DNA of 64,000 nt from Spirochaetia bacterium (GTDB taxonomy: Bacteria; Spirochaetota; Spirochaetia; DSM-2461), in contig OY764216.1 in NCBI GenBank assembly GCA_963668315.1, positions 1,312,001-1,376,000 on the forward strand, in the 5' to 3' direction. The position numbers and the translations under genes were made by a program. Every line of letters begins with the position of its first letter. Position 1 is the first letter of the stretch. The notes beneath the pieces were generated by a model, which did no database searches, was not told the DNA's origin, and saw only the letters and a list, made by a program, of their open reading frames with translations. Shown here piece after piece: positions 39,836-49,287 of this stretch.

Positions 39836-40845
39836 GCGATACAGTTGCAGATATCCCAATCCTGGAACTTAAGGGATTGAAGAAATATTTTCCCATTGAA
39901 AAGGGTTTTTTGAAAAGAAAATCAGGGGATGTCAAAGCGGTCGATGACATAAATCTGAAAATCTTTCAGGGCGAGAATGTAGGCTTGGTCGGGGAGTCCG
40001 GCTGCGGTAAGTCTACCCTGGGAAGATGTATAACCAAGTTGTACGATATCACTCAGGGAGAGATCCTCTTCAGAAAGGATAATGAAGAAGTCGTCGATTT
40101 ATCGGGTCTTAATACAAAGGAGATGCTTCCTTTAAGGAAGGAGCTCCAGATTATTTTTCAGGATCCCTATGCTTCCCTGGATCCGAGAATGACGGTTATG
40201 GATATTATCGGGGAACCTCTTCTATATCAGAAAGACCCTGACTTGAAAGAGAAAGTAAAAGAGATAATGCAATTGGTCGGGCTTGAGGTGAAACATTTGA
40301 ACCGGTACCCTCATGCCTTCTCAGGAGGTCAAAGACAGAGAATCGGTATTGCCCGGGCCCTTGTTACCAATCCCAGATTCATTGTTGCCGATGAGGCGGT
40401 AAGTGCCCTTGATGTTTCCATTCAGGCGCAAGTTATCAATCTGCTGAAAAGTCTGCAGAGAAAACTGGGGCTGACGATACTCTTTATCTCCCATGATTTG
40501 ACAGTGGTACAGCATATCTGTTCCAAAGTAGCCGTTATGTATGTCGGGAAAATTGTTGAAGTTGCCGATACAAGGGAGCTTTTCTCTTCTCCGAAGCATC
40601 CCTATACGGAAGCTCTTATGTCTTCCGTACCATCTATGGATCTGAATAGAAAGATGGATCGTATTGTTCTTCAGGGCGATGTGGCCAATCCGGCCAATCC
40701 TCCTTCGGGATGCTACTTCCACCCGCGTTGTTCCCATTGTCGGGACATCTGCAGGGAAAGGACTCCTGATTTGCGAGAGGTCAGCCCCGGTCATTCCGTC
40801 GCCTGTCACAGGGCGGAAGAACTGAGTTTGAACGGCGTTTATTAG
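39832..40845 (+). CDS. ABC transporter ATP-binding protein (OppF/DppF family)
   Basis: [39 protein letters not shown]. Confidence 0.96.
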   Translation: MSDTVADIPILELKGLKKYFPIEKGFLKRKSGDVKAVDDINLKIFQGENVGLVGESGCGKSTLGRCITKLYDITQGEILFRKDNEEVVDLSGLNTKEMLPLRKELQIIFQDPYASLDPRMTVMDIIGEPLLYQKDPDLKEKVKEIMQLVGLEVKHLNRYPHAFSGGQRQRIGIARALVTNPRFIVADEAVSALDVSIQAQVINLLKSLQRKLGLTILFISHDLTVVQHICSKVAVMYVGKIVEVADTRELFSSPKHPYTEALMSSVPSMDLNRKMDRIVLQGDVANPANPPSGCYFHPRCSHCRDICRERTPDLREVSPGHSVACHRAEELSLNGVY

Positions 40846-40866
40846 AAATATGATTAAGGAAAAATA

Positions 40867-41457
40867 ATGGCTACTCTACCTTTTGTACGGCCATGGCCTC
40901 ATGGGACGATTCCGTATGTCATAGAGCATTCCGGAAAAAACAAGATACTTAAGACAATCAGAATGATTGAAGAAGAGACTCCCTTGAAATTCACTCCCCG
41001 TACGGGGGAGCAGGATTATATTCTTTTTGTCAATGGGGATGAAAATATTGTCGTAAACCCGGAGTGGAATCCACCCTATGAGACATCCGATGTTCTGGGA
41101 TTCTGCCGGGGAGAGAGCAGGGTAATCCTTAAGGATGATCCCTGGCTGGCTCTCCATGAACTGGGGCATGTCATCGGGTTGATTCATGAGCATCAGAGAT
41201 CAGACCGGGATCTTTATATCGCCCTGTCCCCTGACGAATGTGATCCCAACTGGACTATACTGAAGGAGTCGGTGAATTACGGTCTCCCCTATGATGGACG
41301 TTCCATGACACATTACGGACTGGATTGGCAGGGTAGAGATGCTAAATGGAAAAAAGGGGAGAATCCCGGGCAGCAATGGTCCAGACTCACGGAAACGGAT
41401 ATCAGATCGATCAGGTATTTGTATGGCTATCAAAGCCATAGTACTTCCATATGTTAG
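40867..41457 (+). CDS. Astacin-like zinc metallopeptidase (M12A)
   Basis: WPHGTIPYVI, HELGHVIGLIHEHQRSDRD zinc motif, YD.RSMTHY Met-turn, GQ...L...DI..I..LY. Confidence 0.9.
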   Translation: MATLPFVRPWPHGTIPYVIEHSGKNKILKTIRMIEEETPLKFTPRTGEQDYILFVNGDENIVVNPEWNPPYETSDVLGFCRGESRVILKDDPWLALHELGHVIGLIHEHQRSDRDLYIALSPDECDPNWTILKESVNYGLPYDGRSMTHYGLDWQGRDAKWKKGENPGQQWSRLTETDIRSIRYLYGYQSHSTSIC

Positions 41458-41472
41458 GCGGGGAGACAGTTA

Positions 41473-42762
41473 GTGTTTATATTGCCATCAACAATTGAAA
41501 AGGCCGAAGAGAGTGCCTCTTCCTTCCTGGGCCGGGACAGTAAACTTTTTGCCATGTTTCAAAATTGTTTTACCAACACCCTGGAGACCACCACCAGAGA
41601 CATGGGGGATAACAGGTATTTCATTTTTACCGGTGATATTCCCGCTATGTGGCTGAGGGATTCATCGGCCCAGATAAACCATTATATCCCCTATGCCAAT
41701 GAGGACGGATATCTCCGGAATGTCATCGAAGGATTATTGAGGAAACAGTATCAGTGCATTATCACTGATCCTTATGCTAATTCCTATAACCAGGGAGAGG
41801 AAGGATATCACTACGGAAAGGATCAAACTCTTCAGAATCCTTGTGTTTGGGAGAGAAAGTATGAAGTCGATTCTCTCTGCTCTCCCATCCGACTGGCCTA
41901 TAAGTACTGGAAGGCAACGGGAAGAATTGATCATCTAAATAGTGATTTTTTAGTTGTTGCCAACATAATTCTCGACCTGTGGATACTTGAGCAGAGGCAT
42001 GAACAGTCTTCCTATAGGTTTGAACGTCCCGATGATGTCGAAACAGATACATTGAAAAATGGGGGCCGGGGAACTCCGGTCGGTTATACGGGCATGACCT
42101 GGTCCGGATTCCGTCCAAGTGATGATGCCTGTGCGTACGGCTACTTGATTCCTTCCAATATGTTCGCATCGGTTGTTCTCGGGTTCCTGGAAGAGATCGC
42201 CCGGGATATTTACTGCGATGCCATCCTTGAAAAGAGGTGCAGGTCCCTCAAGCATGAAATACAAAGGGGAATTGAAGAGTTCGGGATTGTGGAACACCCT
42301 GAGTTCGGGAGGATATTTGCCTATGAGGTGGACGGACTGGGACATTATAACTTGATGGATGATGCTAATGTTCCCAGTCTTCTTTCGCTGCCCTATATCG
42401 GATATTGCGGATCTGATGATCCTGTCTACAGGAACACGAGACGTTTCATATTGAGCGGTAACAATCCTTACTATTTCTCGGGATCGCACGCGAAAGGAAT
42501 CGGGAGCCCCCATACTCCTGCCGGTTATATCTGGCACATAAGCCTGATCATACAGGGGTTAACTTCTGCCGACCAGGATGAGATAAAAAAAATATGGGAG
42601 CTGCTGGAGACTACCGATGGAGGAACATTATATATGCATGAAGGGTTTCATGCTGATAACCCGGGTCTATATACAAGAAAGTGGTTTGCCTGGGCAAACA
42701 GTCTTTTCAGCGAGTTTGTTTTAACGGAAGCCGGAAAGGCTCCGGCAAAAGGACGAAGATAG
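41473..42762 (+). CDS. Exo-alpha-1,6-mannosidase, glycoside hydrolase family 125
   Basis: NTLETT, TGDIPAMWLRDS, WERKYEVDSL, FRPSDDAC, MDDANVPSLL, GIGSPHT, WFAWANS.F; GTG start. Confidence 0.95.
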   Translation: MFILPSTIEKAEESASSFLGRDSKLFAMFQNCFTNTLETTTRDMGDNRYFIFTGDIPAMWLRDSSAQINHYIPYANEDGYLRNVIEGLLRKQYQCIITDPYANSYNQGEEGYHYGKDQTLQNPCVWERKYEVDSLCSPIRLAYKYWKATGRIDHLNSDFLVVANIILDLWILEQRHEQSSYRFERPDDVETDTLKNGGRGTPVGYTGMTWSGFRPSDDACAYGYLIPSNMFASVVLGFLEEIARDIYCDAILEKRCRSLKHEIQRGIEEFGIVEHPEFGRIFAYEVDGLGHYNLMDDANVPSLLSLPYIGYCGSDDPVYRNTRRFILSGNNPYYFSGSHAKGIGSPHTPAGYIWHISLIIQGLTSADQDEIKKIWELLETTDGGTLYMHEGFHADNPGLYTRKWFAWANSLFSEFVLTEAGKAPAKGRR

Positions 42763-42776
42763 GAATCTTAAGGTCA

Positions 42777-45047
42777 ATGACAATGGATAAATTAATGCAC
42801 AAAGAACGTTTTTTTTCAGCGCTTCCCAGAATGGAGGCTCAATTCGGTAATCTTATCACTTTGAGGGAGCGGACCAATTCTTCCGTCCCCGGGCTATCCC
42901 AGGGGTTTCTTGCTTCCCTAATTCAGTTTCAGCCCATGCTGGAGATACATCTTCTGGATGAATCGGATAATCCGGTCACCTGGAAGGAAGTGGAAAAAAA
43001 GATTGATCCAGTGGAGAGTGTTCGGGTCTTTGAGGCTGACGGCCTGATCCTTACCCAGAAAACCCTTGTCCAAGGTAACGATATCCTTATGGATATTTCG
43101 CTCAGCCGGAGTGAGACATGCACAGGGGAATTTAAATACGAACTTTCGGGGGCCTGCCTTTTCTCTCCCCAGGGAGTCCCCTATCATTGGGATGAGGAAC
43201 GGAACGTATCCTGGAATATAGAATCCAACCGGGAAATGCGGGGGAAGTGGCAGGATGATGTGGAATTCCGCTTTGCCTTTTCCGAAGACCTGTGCGGCTT
43301 TCAGGTGGGAAGTCTGGCCGAGGAAAAAATTGCCAAAGAGCACTACTTTACCAGTTTCAATCTGAAGAAGAGGTTTACCTATTATGTCCCTCGGGACAAC
43401 CGTCTTGGCGCAGGAGGCTCTAGGGTGAGCACCAGAAATGTTTCCTACTCGGCTATCTGGGAACCGGATTTTGATGAACAGGGAGTGGCCGTTCTGGCAT
43501 TTAGATATACCCTTGGGAAGAATCTGCCCCAGGATTTTCCCATGGCAGTGACCGAATACGAAAAACGGCGGAGTGAAATCCAGAAAGAGTGGGATGAGTT
43601 TGTTGAAAAAATTCCTCCCTTTACCTGTGGTGATAAGGATCTTGAGCGGATATATTACACAAGCTGGTATGTCCTTAAGGCTGCCCGAATCTCCATGGAA
43701 GAAGAGCGTTTCCGTTTTCCCTTTACCTCAGTAAATAAATTTCATTATTATAACCAATTCTTCTGGGATTCCGCTTTTCAGGCCATAGCCTGGCTCTGGT
43801 TTAATGACGGAGAGCCTGCCGAGAATGAGATGAAGAACTTTGTCGCCCACCAGTGGCGGAACGGTATGATCCCCTATGAGCTTTTCATGTTCTCCATCAA
43901 CAGCCGTGAATGGATGGACGGAGACGGGAAAAGCACGGGGACGACTCAGCCTCCTGTCATTGGAATCACAATTTCTGAAATTTTCAAGAAATTCCAGAAT
44001 AAGGAATATCCGGCGTTCTTCTATGATTCCCTATTGAAATATGAGACCTGGCTGAGCGTTTACAGGGATCTGGGAAGACGGGGGCTTTCGGCATACGTCA
44101 ATATCTGGGAAACGGGCTGGGATAACAGTCCGCGTCTGGATGATGCGGCCCGTAACCGCGTGTTGGATCCTTATATAGAAGGGGTAGATTTTAATGTTTA
44201 CATCTACTTGCTCAGAAAAACCATACTGGATATGGCCCGCTGGCTCGGAAAGCCGGAACCGGAAGAGGTACGAACAAGGATGGAAATGTGCCGTGCCAGC
44301 ATGAATGAATTCATGTATGAGAAGGGGGATGGTTTCTACTATGACCTGGAGGCAGGAACGGATAAGAAGGTTAAGGTAAAAACCGCGGCGGGGATTCTAA
44401 CTCTTATGACGGATATTCCCGATGAGAGCCAGAGGAAAAGAATAGTGGAGCAGTATGTCATGTCCGAAGAGGAATTTTTAACCGGAGCTCCCTTTCCTTC
44501 TGTCAGCCGAAGCGAAGACAGCTATGACCCTCAGGATTTCTGGAGAGGTGCTAACTGGCCCCAGATCACCTGGTCTCTTCTGTACGGGCTGAAAGATGAT
44601 AACCCCGAAGAAGCAGGCGTTATTCTGGATAGATTTTTGGATAAAACATCAAGAAATGACAATTGCTACGAGTACTACCACTCGGAAACCGGTGAAGGTG
44701 CCGGGCTGCCCTTTCAGGGATGGGGGGCTCTTTATACCGACTTTGTCATTCGTTTTGTCGCAGGTTTGAATCCAACGGAAAAGGGATTTCGCTTTCGTCC
44801 CGTATCAAAAAAGTATACCGACTTTTCCCTGGAGAATGTTGTTGTTAAGGATCATATCCTGAATATAAGCAGGTCCGGAGAAAGCTGGTCAATTTCGTGG
44901 GAAGGCATGGGGGAACTGGAATTTTCAGGTTCAGCCTCATTTGAAGCGGAGATCATAGGGAACTACGTTGTCGTTCATGTGGAGTCAGGCTGTGAGGCAG
45001 AGATGAAAACTTCCGGTAACATACGGTTAGGAGAGAACGATGGCTGA
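42777..45047 (+). CDS. (alpha/alpha)6 glycoside hydrolase, GH63/mannosylglycerate hydrolase-like
   Basis: QFFWDSAF, TQPP, WETGWDNSPR.D, FWRG.NWP, EYY...TGEG, FQGW; start moved to 42777 to avoid overlapping GH125. Confidence 0.8.
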   Translation: MTMDKLMHKERFFSALPRMEAQFGNLITLRERTNSSVPGLSQGFLASLIQFQPMLEIHLLDESDNPVTWKEVEKKIDPVESVRVFEADGLILTQKTLVQGNDILMDISLSRSETCTGEFKYELSGACLFSPQGVPYHWDEERNVSWNIESNREMRGKWQDDVEFRFAFSEDLCGFQVGSLAEEKIAKEHYFTSFNLKKRFTYYVPRDNRLGAGGSRVSTRNVSYSAIWEPDFDEQGVAVLAFRYTLGKNLPQDFPMAVTEYEKRRSEIQKEWDEFVEKIPPFTCGDKDLERIYYTSWYVLKAARISMEEERFRFPFTSVNKFHYYNQFFWDSAFQAIAWLWFNDGEPAENEMKNFVAHQWRNGMIPYELFMFSINSREWMDGDGKSTGTTQPPVIGITISEIFKKFQNKEYPAFFYDSLLKYETWLSVYRDLGRRGLSAYVNIWETGWDNSPRLDDAARNRVLDPYIEGVDFNVYIYLLRKTILDMARWLGKPEPEEVRTRMEMCRASMNEFMYEKGDGFYYDLEAGTDKKVKVKTAAGILTLMTDIPDESQRKRIVEQYVMSEEEFLTGAPFPSVSRSEDSYDPQDFWRGANWPQITWSLLYGLKDDNPEEAGVILDRFLDKTSRNDNCYEYYHSETGEGAGLPFQGWGALYTDFVIRFVAGLNPTEKGFRFRPVSKKYTDFSLENVVVKDHILNISRSGESWSISWEGMGELEFSGSASFEAEIIGNYVVVHVESGCEAEMKTSGNIRLGENDG

Positions 45048-45906
45048 TTATGATATTGTTATGATGGGGCATGTCTCCAATGATATTATGATCTTTTACG
45101 ACGGAAGCCGTCAGGATTTTCTCGGAGGTCCGGTCATCTACTCATCGGCTTCCGCTTCGGCTGCCGGAGCAAAAGTTCTGATCGTCACAAAAGCTTCGTT
45201 CGAAGATACTCCTAAGCTGGATTACCTCCGTGATGAAAGTGTCGAACTGGTTGTTGTTCCGTCCGGGAACTCTACATCGATAAAAAATGTCTATCATACA
45301 AAGGATCAGGAGCGTAGGAGTACGACTCTCCTGTCCCAGGCGGAATATTTCTCCCTTGCCGATGTGCCTTCTGAAAAAGCAGCCATATATCATCTTGCGG
45401 GACTTTTTTATGGGGAAATCCCCTCGGAAATGATTGTTCCTCTTTCAAAGAGGGCCGCCGTGGCCATTGATGCTCAGGGCCTCTTACGCTGTAGTGTCGA
45501 TGGGGAAATGCTTTACCGGGACTGGGCGGAAAAACGGGAGTTGCTGCCCTATATCACCTATCTCAAGACCGATGCCGCGGAAGCCGAAATACTTACCGGT
45601 ACGGATGACAGGGAAAAAGCCGCTCGTCTGTTAGCCGATTGGGGAGCTAAGGAGGTCATGGTTACCCACCATACGGAAGTCATTGTCCTGGTGGACGGAA
45701 TAATCCACCGGGCTCCCTTTAACCCTGAGAACCTGTCCGGGCGGACGGGGAGGGGAGATACATGTTTCGCCTCTTACCTGGCCAGGCGTCTGAAATATGG
45801 ACCGGAAGAGTCTGTTAAATTCGCAGCGGCTTTAACAAGTATGAAAATGGAAAAGCCCGGCCGTTTCTCCGGTTCCGAGAAAGAAGTCATCGATCGGATA
45901 GGTTAA
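45040..45906 (+). CDS. PfkB family carbohydrate kinase
   Basis: GHVSND...GG, D.QG, K.D..EA, RTGRGDTCFASY anion-hole motif. Confidence 0.85.
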   Translation: MADYDIVMMGHVSNDIMIFYDGSRQDFLGGPVIYSSASASAAGAKVLIVTKASFEDTPKLDYLRDESVELVVVPSGNSTSIKNVYHTKDQERRSTTLLSQAEYFSLADVPSEKAAIYHLAGLFYGEIPSEMIVPLSKRAAVAIDAQGLLRCSVDGEMLYRDWAEKRELLPYITYLKTDAAEAEILTGTDDREKAARLLADWGAKEVMVTHHTEVIVLVDGIIHRAPFNPENLSGRTGRGDTCFASYLARRLKYGPEESVKFAAALTSMKMEKPGRFSGSEKEVIDRIG

Positions 45907-45939
45907 CCGCTCAAGCCGGCGGCCAGGCCGGCATTCCCC

Positions 45940-46794
45940 TCATTTCCCGGTAAAATTCTCCACAATAAAATCCCTCCCGGCCATGAGCTCATCCAGCATC
46001 GATGTCCTGGCGTTATCCTGGTCAATAACAAGTCCTGTTTCCATGAGAGGCATTTGTCCCAGGAAGGGTATGATCGACAGATGATCCACGTCCCCCTTTC
46101 CGATGGGGGTGCAGATTATCTCGCCCTTGGACGATTTCTGACCGATCAGCAGGTCCTTGAAGTGAATGCTGTAAATCCGGCCGGAGTAATCCGCCAGAAT
46201 CCGCTCCACCGGACCTTTGCCGGCTTCCATCCAGCCGATGTCGGGCTGGAGCGACAGGGTAGGGATATGGTCCAGCAGCATTTCCAGAACGGTCTTCTCT
46301 CCGGCGGCAGACATTTCCCTGTCGTGATTGTGGTAGGCCAGATGAATGCCCTCGGTTTCAAAGGCACGGCTTGCTTCGGTCAGCTGACCGGCCACCGCCC
46401 GGGCCGCCTCCCATGAGTCCAGAACGCAGCTTATCACGTACTGCTTCAGTCCGTTGGCCTTGGCAAAGTCAATCATTCGGCGCAGATTGTCCGTCAGGGC
46501 CGTATCGTAGGCGGTGGCGAAGAAGAGATGGCACGACTCAATCGCGAGACCCTTGTCCCGCATATATTTCATTTTCCCGGGGGCTTCTTCGGCAGACCAG
46601 ATACAGCCGGGCATTTTCCCGAAAATCTCTCTGATCCGGATCACTTCCTCGGCAACACGGGGATCTTCTTCCCCGAAATAGAGGCCCATTTCATAGGCCT
46701 CAAAGTCATTCTCCGTCAGATACCGGACAGTCCCTTCGAAATCGTTGCTCAGCTCTTCTCTGATAGCAAAACCCTGCACCGCCACTTTCATCAT
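45940..46794 (-). CDS. Sugar phosphate isomerase/epimerase (IolE-like TIM barrel)
   Basis: AYHNHDRE, QPDIGW, IHFKD, PIGKGDVD, IDQD; ATG 46794 after GGAGG. Confidence 0.85.
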   Translation of the reverse strand: MMKVAVQGFAIREELSNDFEGTVRYLTENDFEAYEMGLYFGEEDPRVAEEVIRIREIFGKMPGCIWSAEEAPGKMKYMRDKGLAIESCHLFFATAYDTALTDNLRRMIDFAKANGLKQYVISCVLDSWEAARAVAGQLTEASRAFETEGIHLAYHNHDREMSAAGEKTVLEMLLDHIPTLSLQPDIGWMEAGKGPVERILADYSGRIYSIHFKDLLIGQKSSKGEIICTPIGKGDVDHLSIIPFLGQMPLMETGLVIDQDNARTSMLDELMAGRDFIVENFTGK

Positions 46795-46903
46795 TCCCGA
46801 TTCCTCCCTGTTCTCTCCGTCGGGCTGTTCCCGACGGATAAATTGTGCCACAGCTTCGGCGGGAAGTCTATTGTTTTTTTATCCGGCGGGAGGATCCCGG
46901 TGC

Positions 46904-48460
46904 CTAGGGAATATACTTTTTTATCGTGGAGAAAAGGTTTTTTTCCGAAACCGGCTTAATCAGGATATCGGAAAATCCCGACTGGTAGAAACGGTGTATA
47001 TCTTCCTTCTGGGAGAAGGCGGTCACCGCAATCACGGGTATCCGGAAATCCTCTTTTATTTTTCCGATGTCATTCATCACCTGGAGACCGCTCAGCTCCG
47101 GCAGCCCTATATCCATCAGCACCAGATCATAGGTATTTTCTATGAGTTCGGCCAGGGCTTCCTCGCCGTTGATCACCTGAACCACCCGGCATCCCGAGTC
47201 TTCCAGCAGCTTCTCAAGGTAGTACATGGAGACCACATCGTCCTCAACGAGCAGAACGGATAGGGACTTCAACACCTTGTCATCCTTCGGTTCCATGACG
47301 TTTTCCCCGTTTGCTTCATGTTCCGGTATATGGATATGAAAAACCGTTTCATGGTTTACCGACGTAAAATCGATGGAGCCGTCCATGGCCAGGACAAGAT
47401 TCCGGACGATCGCCAGACCCAGCCCCAGACCGCTCTGATCCTTGACATAGCGGTTGGACTGCGTAACGAAGGGCTTGAAAATCTCATCCCCTATATCCTC
47501 GGGGATTTCGGGCCCCTCGTTTTTGACGGAAACATCCAATCCCTTCTCATAGGTATATTTAATGAGGATTTCCCCTTTCTCCGAATACTTTATGGCGTTG
47601 TTCACGAGATTGTTCAGAATCTGGAGAAGCCTGTCCAGATCGCCGACAAAAAGACCGGATACTTCGGGGTGGCAGATTTTGAGGGTCACTCCCTTTTCCC
47701 GGCACTGGGTTATGTAAAGGCTTTCCAGATTCTCGAAAATCGTCCTTACGGATAACTCTCTGTACCTGAAGAGAATCGTATGGTTTTCCAGCTGGGTGTA
47801 ATCGAGCATATTATTGATAAGAAACGAGAGATGCTTTGCCGAATAGTCCGCCAGATTCAGGTAAAGTTCGTTTGATTCTTCATCGGGGCTGTTCTTTTTC
47901 AGAAGATGCAGCATCCCGAGGATTCCGTTCAGCGGGGTTCTCAGTTCATGGTTGATCTGGGACAGGAAGAGAGATTTGGCGGCATTGGCCTTTTCCGCTC
48001 TTTCCTTCTCAATTTTCAGTTCCCTCGTCCTTTTTTCAATCTCGATTTCCAGTTTGACGTTGAAATTGAGGATCTCCTCCATGGATTTTTTCAGTCTGAT
48101 ATGGGTGCGGACGCGGGAGAGCACATCCTTGGCCACGAATGGCTTGGTTATATAGTCGGAGCCTCCCGCATCGAATCCCCGGACCTTTTCCCGGCCTTCC
48201 AGGGCTCCGGAAATGAAAATGACAGGTACCGGTTCAAGGGCCGGTTCGTTTTTTATCATTCGGCACAGTTCAAGGCCGTCAATCCCGGGCATGTTGATAT
48301 CCAGGAGAAAGAGGTCGGGAGGATTATCCAGGGCATATCCCAGAACCTGGGAGGAAGAATTGAAAGGTACGACATGGTAACTGTTTTCAGATAGAATGTC
48401 CTGAAGAAGATTTACAATAAATATATCGTCGTCGACGATGATAATATGTCCGTTGTCCAT
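46904..48460 (-). CDS. Hybrid sensor kinase REC-HisKA-HATPase-REC
   Basis: IIIVDDD/DINMPG/KPF; INHELRTPLNG; NNAIKY, GLGLGL; C-terminal LLVEDD/MDIGLP/KP. Confidence 0.92.
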   Translation of the reverse strand: MDNGHIIIVDDDIFIVNLLQDILSENSYHVVPFNSSSQVLGYALDNPPDLFLLDINMPGIDGLELCRMIKNEPALEPVPVIFISGALEGREKVRGFDAGGSDYITKPFVAKDVLSRVRTHIRLKKSMEEILNFNVKLEIEIEKRTRELKIEKERAEKANAAKSLFLSQINHELRTPLNGILGMLHLLKKNSPDEESNELYLNLADYSAKHLSFLINNMLDYTQLENHTILFRYRELSVRTIFENLESLYITQCREKGVTLKICHPEVSGLFVGDLDRLLQILNNLVNNAIKYSEKGEILIKYTYEKGLDVSVKNEGPEIPEDIGDEIFKPFVTQSNRYVKDQSGLGLGLAIVRNLVLAMDGSIDFTSVNHETVFHIHIPEHEANGENVMEPKDDKVLKSLSVLLVEDDVVSMYYLEKLLEDSGCRVVQVINGEEALAELIENTYDLVLMDIGLPELSGLQVMNDIGKIKEDFRIPVIAVTAFSQKEDIHRFYQSGFSDILIKPVSEKNLFSTIKKYIP

Positions 48461-48475
48461 TTTCATTTCCTTCAA

Positions 48476-49210
48476 CTATTGGTCAGTCTGACAATGGGAG
48501 ATTAAATAATCGGCCAATTGAAAAATCATCCGCTCAAATTGTGTGATATCTGCTCTATCGGGAAAAGGAAAAATCCTTGTGTAAATATTAGTGTTGTTCC
48601 CCTGGTCCGGGAGGAGGACTTTGATTCCGGGGGCATCTTTCTCAAGGGTATAGGCGACACGGGCATGAACCCTGTCTTTCCGGTCAATCCCGGGGGAAGA
48701 CTCATCATTCGAACGGATAAAAAGCTGCCGTAATAAACCGGTCATCAGATAATCGTATTTACTAAACACCGGACCGGGGGATTTGTTGATAACCACGGCC
48801 AGGAGCTTCTTTCCGAAATCAAAGATGAACTCCACGTCGCTCCCCGAGTAGGGAAGTTCTTCCGTTCGTGCCGCTTTACGGCTTTCATTATAACGGAACT
48901 CCGGAATGTAGGTTCCCTTCGGAAGAGAGATGATTATCTCGTCATGCTCGCCGTCCGATGCGTAATACTGAGTGAGCCTGTCGCGCAGACGCTTCGCCTC
49001 GACCCGGATTCTCGGATTCAGCTGCTGATCGAAATTGTGGTCCAGGCCGAAGGCTTCCACGGCAATGGAGTACTCTTTTATCTGATCGATGCTTCCTTCC
49101 AGCGTCTGGCTGCAGACGTATTTCAGAAAACTGACCGATCTTTTTGACGATTTAAACAGTTCGTGGGTGAATATTCTATCAAGTTGTAAAAAGATTGCTT
49201 CCTTATCCAT
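48476..49210 (-). CDS. Protein with N-terminal winged-HTH-like domain (SxRxxxFLxY...RVExxRLRxRL...PKGxYxP) and unknown C-terminus
   Basis: FKSSKRSVSFLKYVC, IKEYSIAVEAFG...FD....RIRVEAKRLRDRL.QYY, ISLPKGTYIPEF; this domain is usually found N-terminal to TolB/TPR regions. Confidence 0.7.
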   Translation of the reverse strand: MDKEAIFLQLDRIFTHELFKSSKRSVSFLKYVCSQTLEGSIDQIKEYSIAVEAFGLDHNFDQQLNPRIRVEAKRLRDRLTQYYASDGEHDEIIISLPKGTYIPEFRYNESRKAARTEELPYSGSDVEFIFDFGKKLLAVVINKSPGPVFSKYDYLMTGLLRQLFIRSNDESSPGIDRKDRVHARVAYTLEKDAPGIKVLLPDQGNNTNIYTRIFPFPDRADITQFERMIFQLADYLISHCQTDQ

Positions 49211-49287
49211 TACCCTTATCCCGATTATATAATAAATGGGAACGAATTAAACCCGTTTCCCCCTATGTAACGGTTACGCCTCCTCTG

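Noticed and set aside
34643..40845. Calling the ABC system a generic opp/dpp peptide importer
   Set aside because: The SBP belongs by motif to the sugar-associated family-5 subgroup and sits among glycosidases; substrate left open.
27050..45930. Integrative mobile element or prophage
   Set aside because: No integrase, transposase, tRNA or att-like repeats seen; only a compositional shift.
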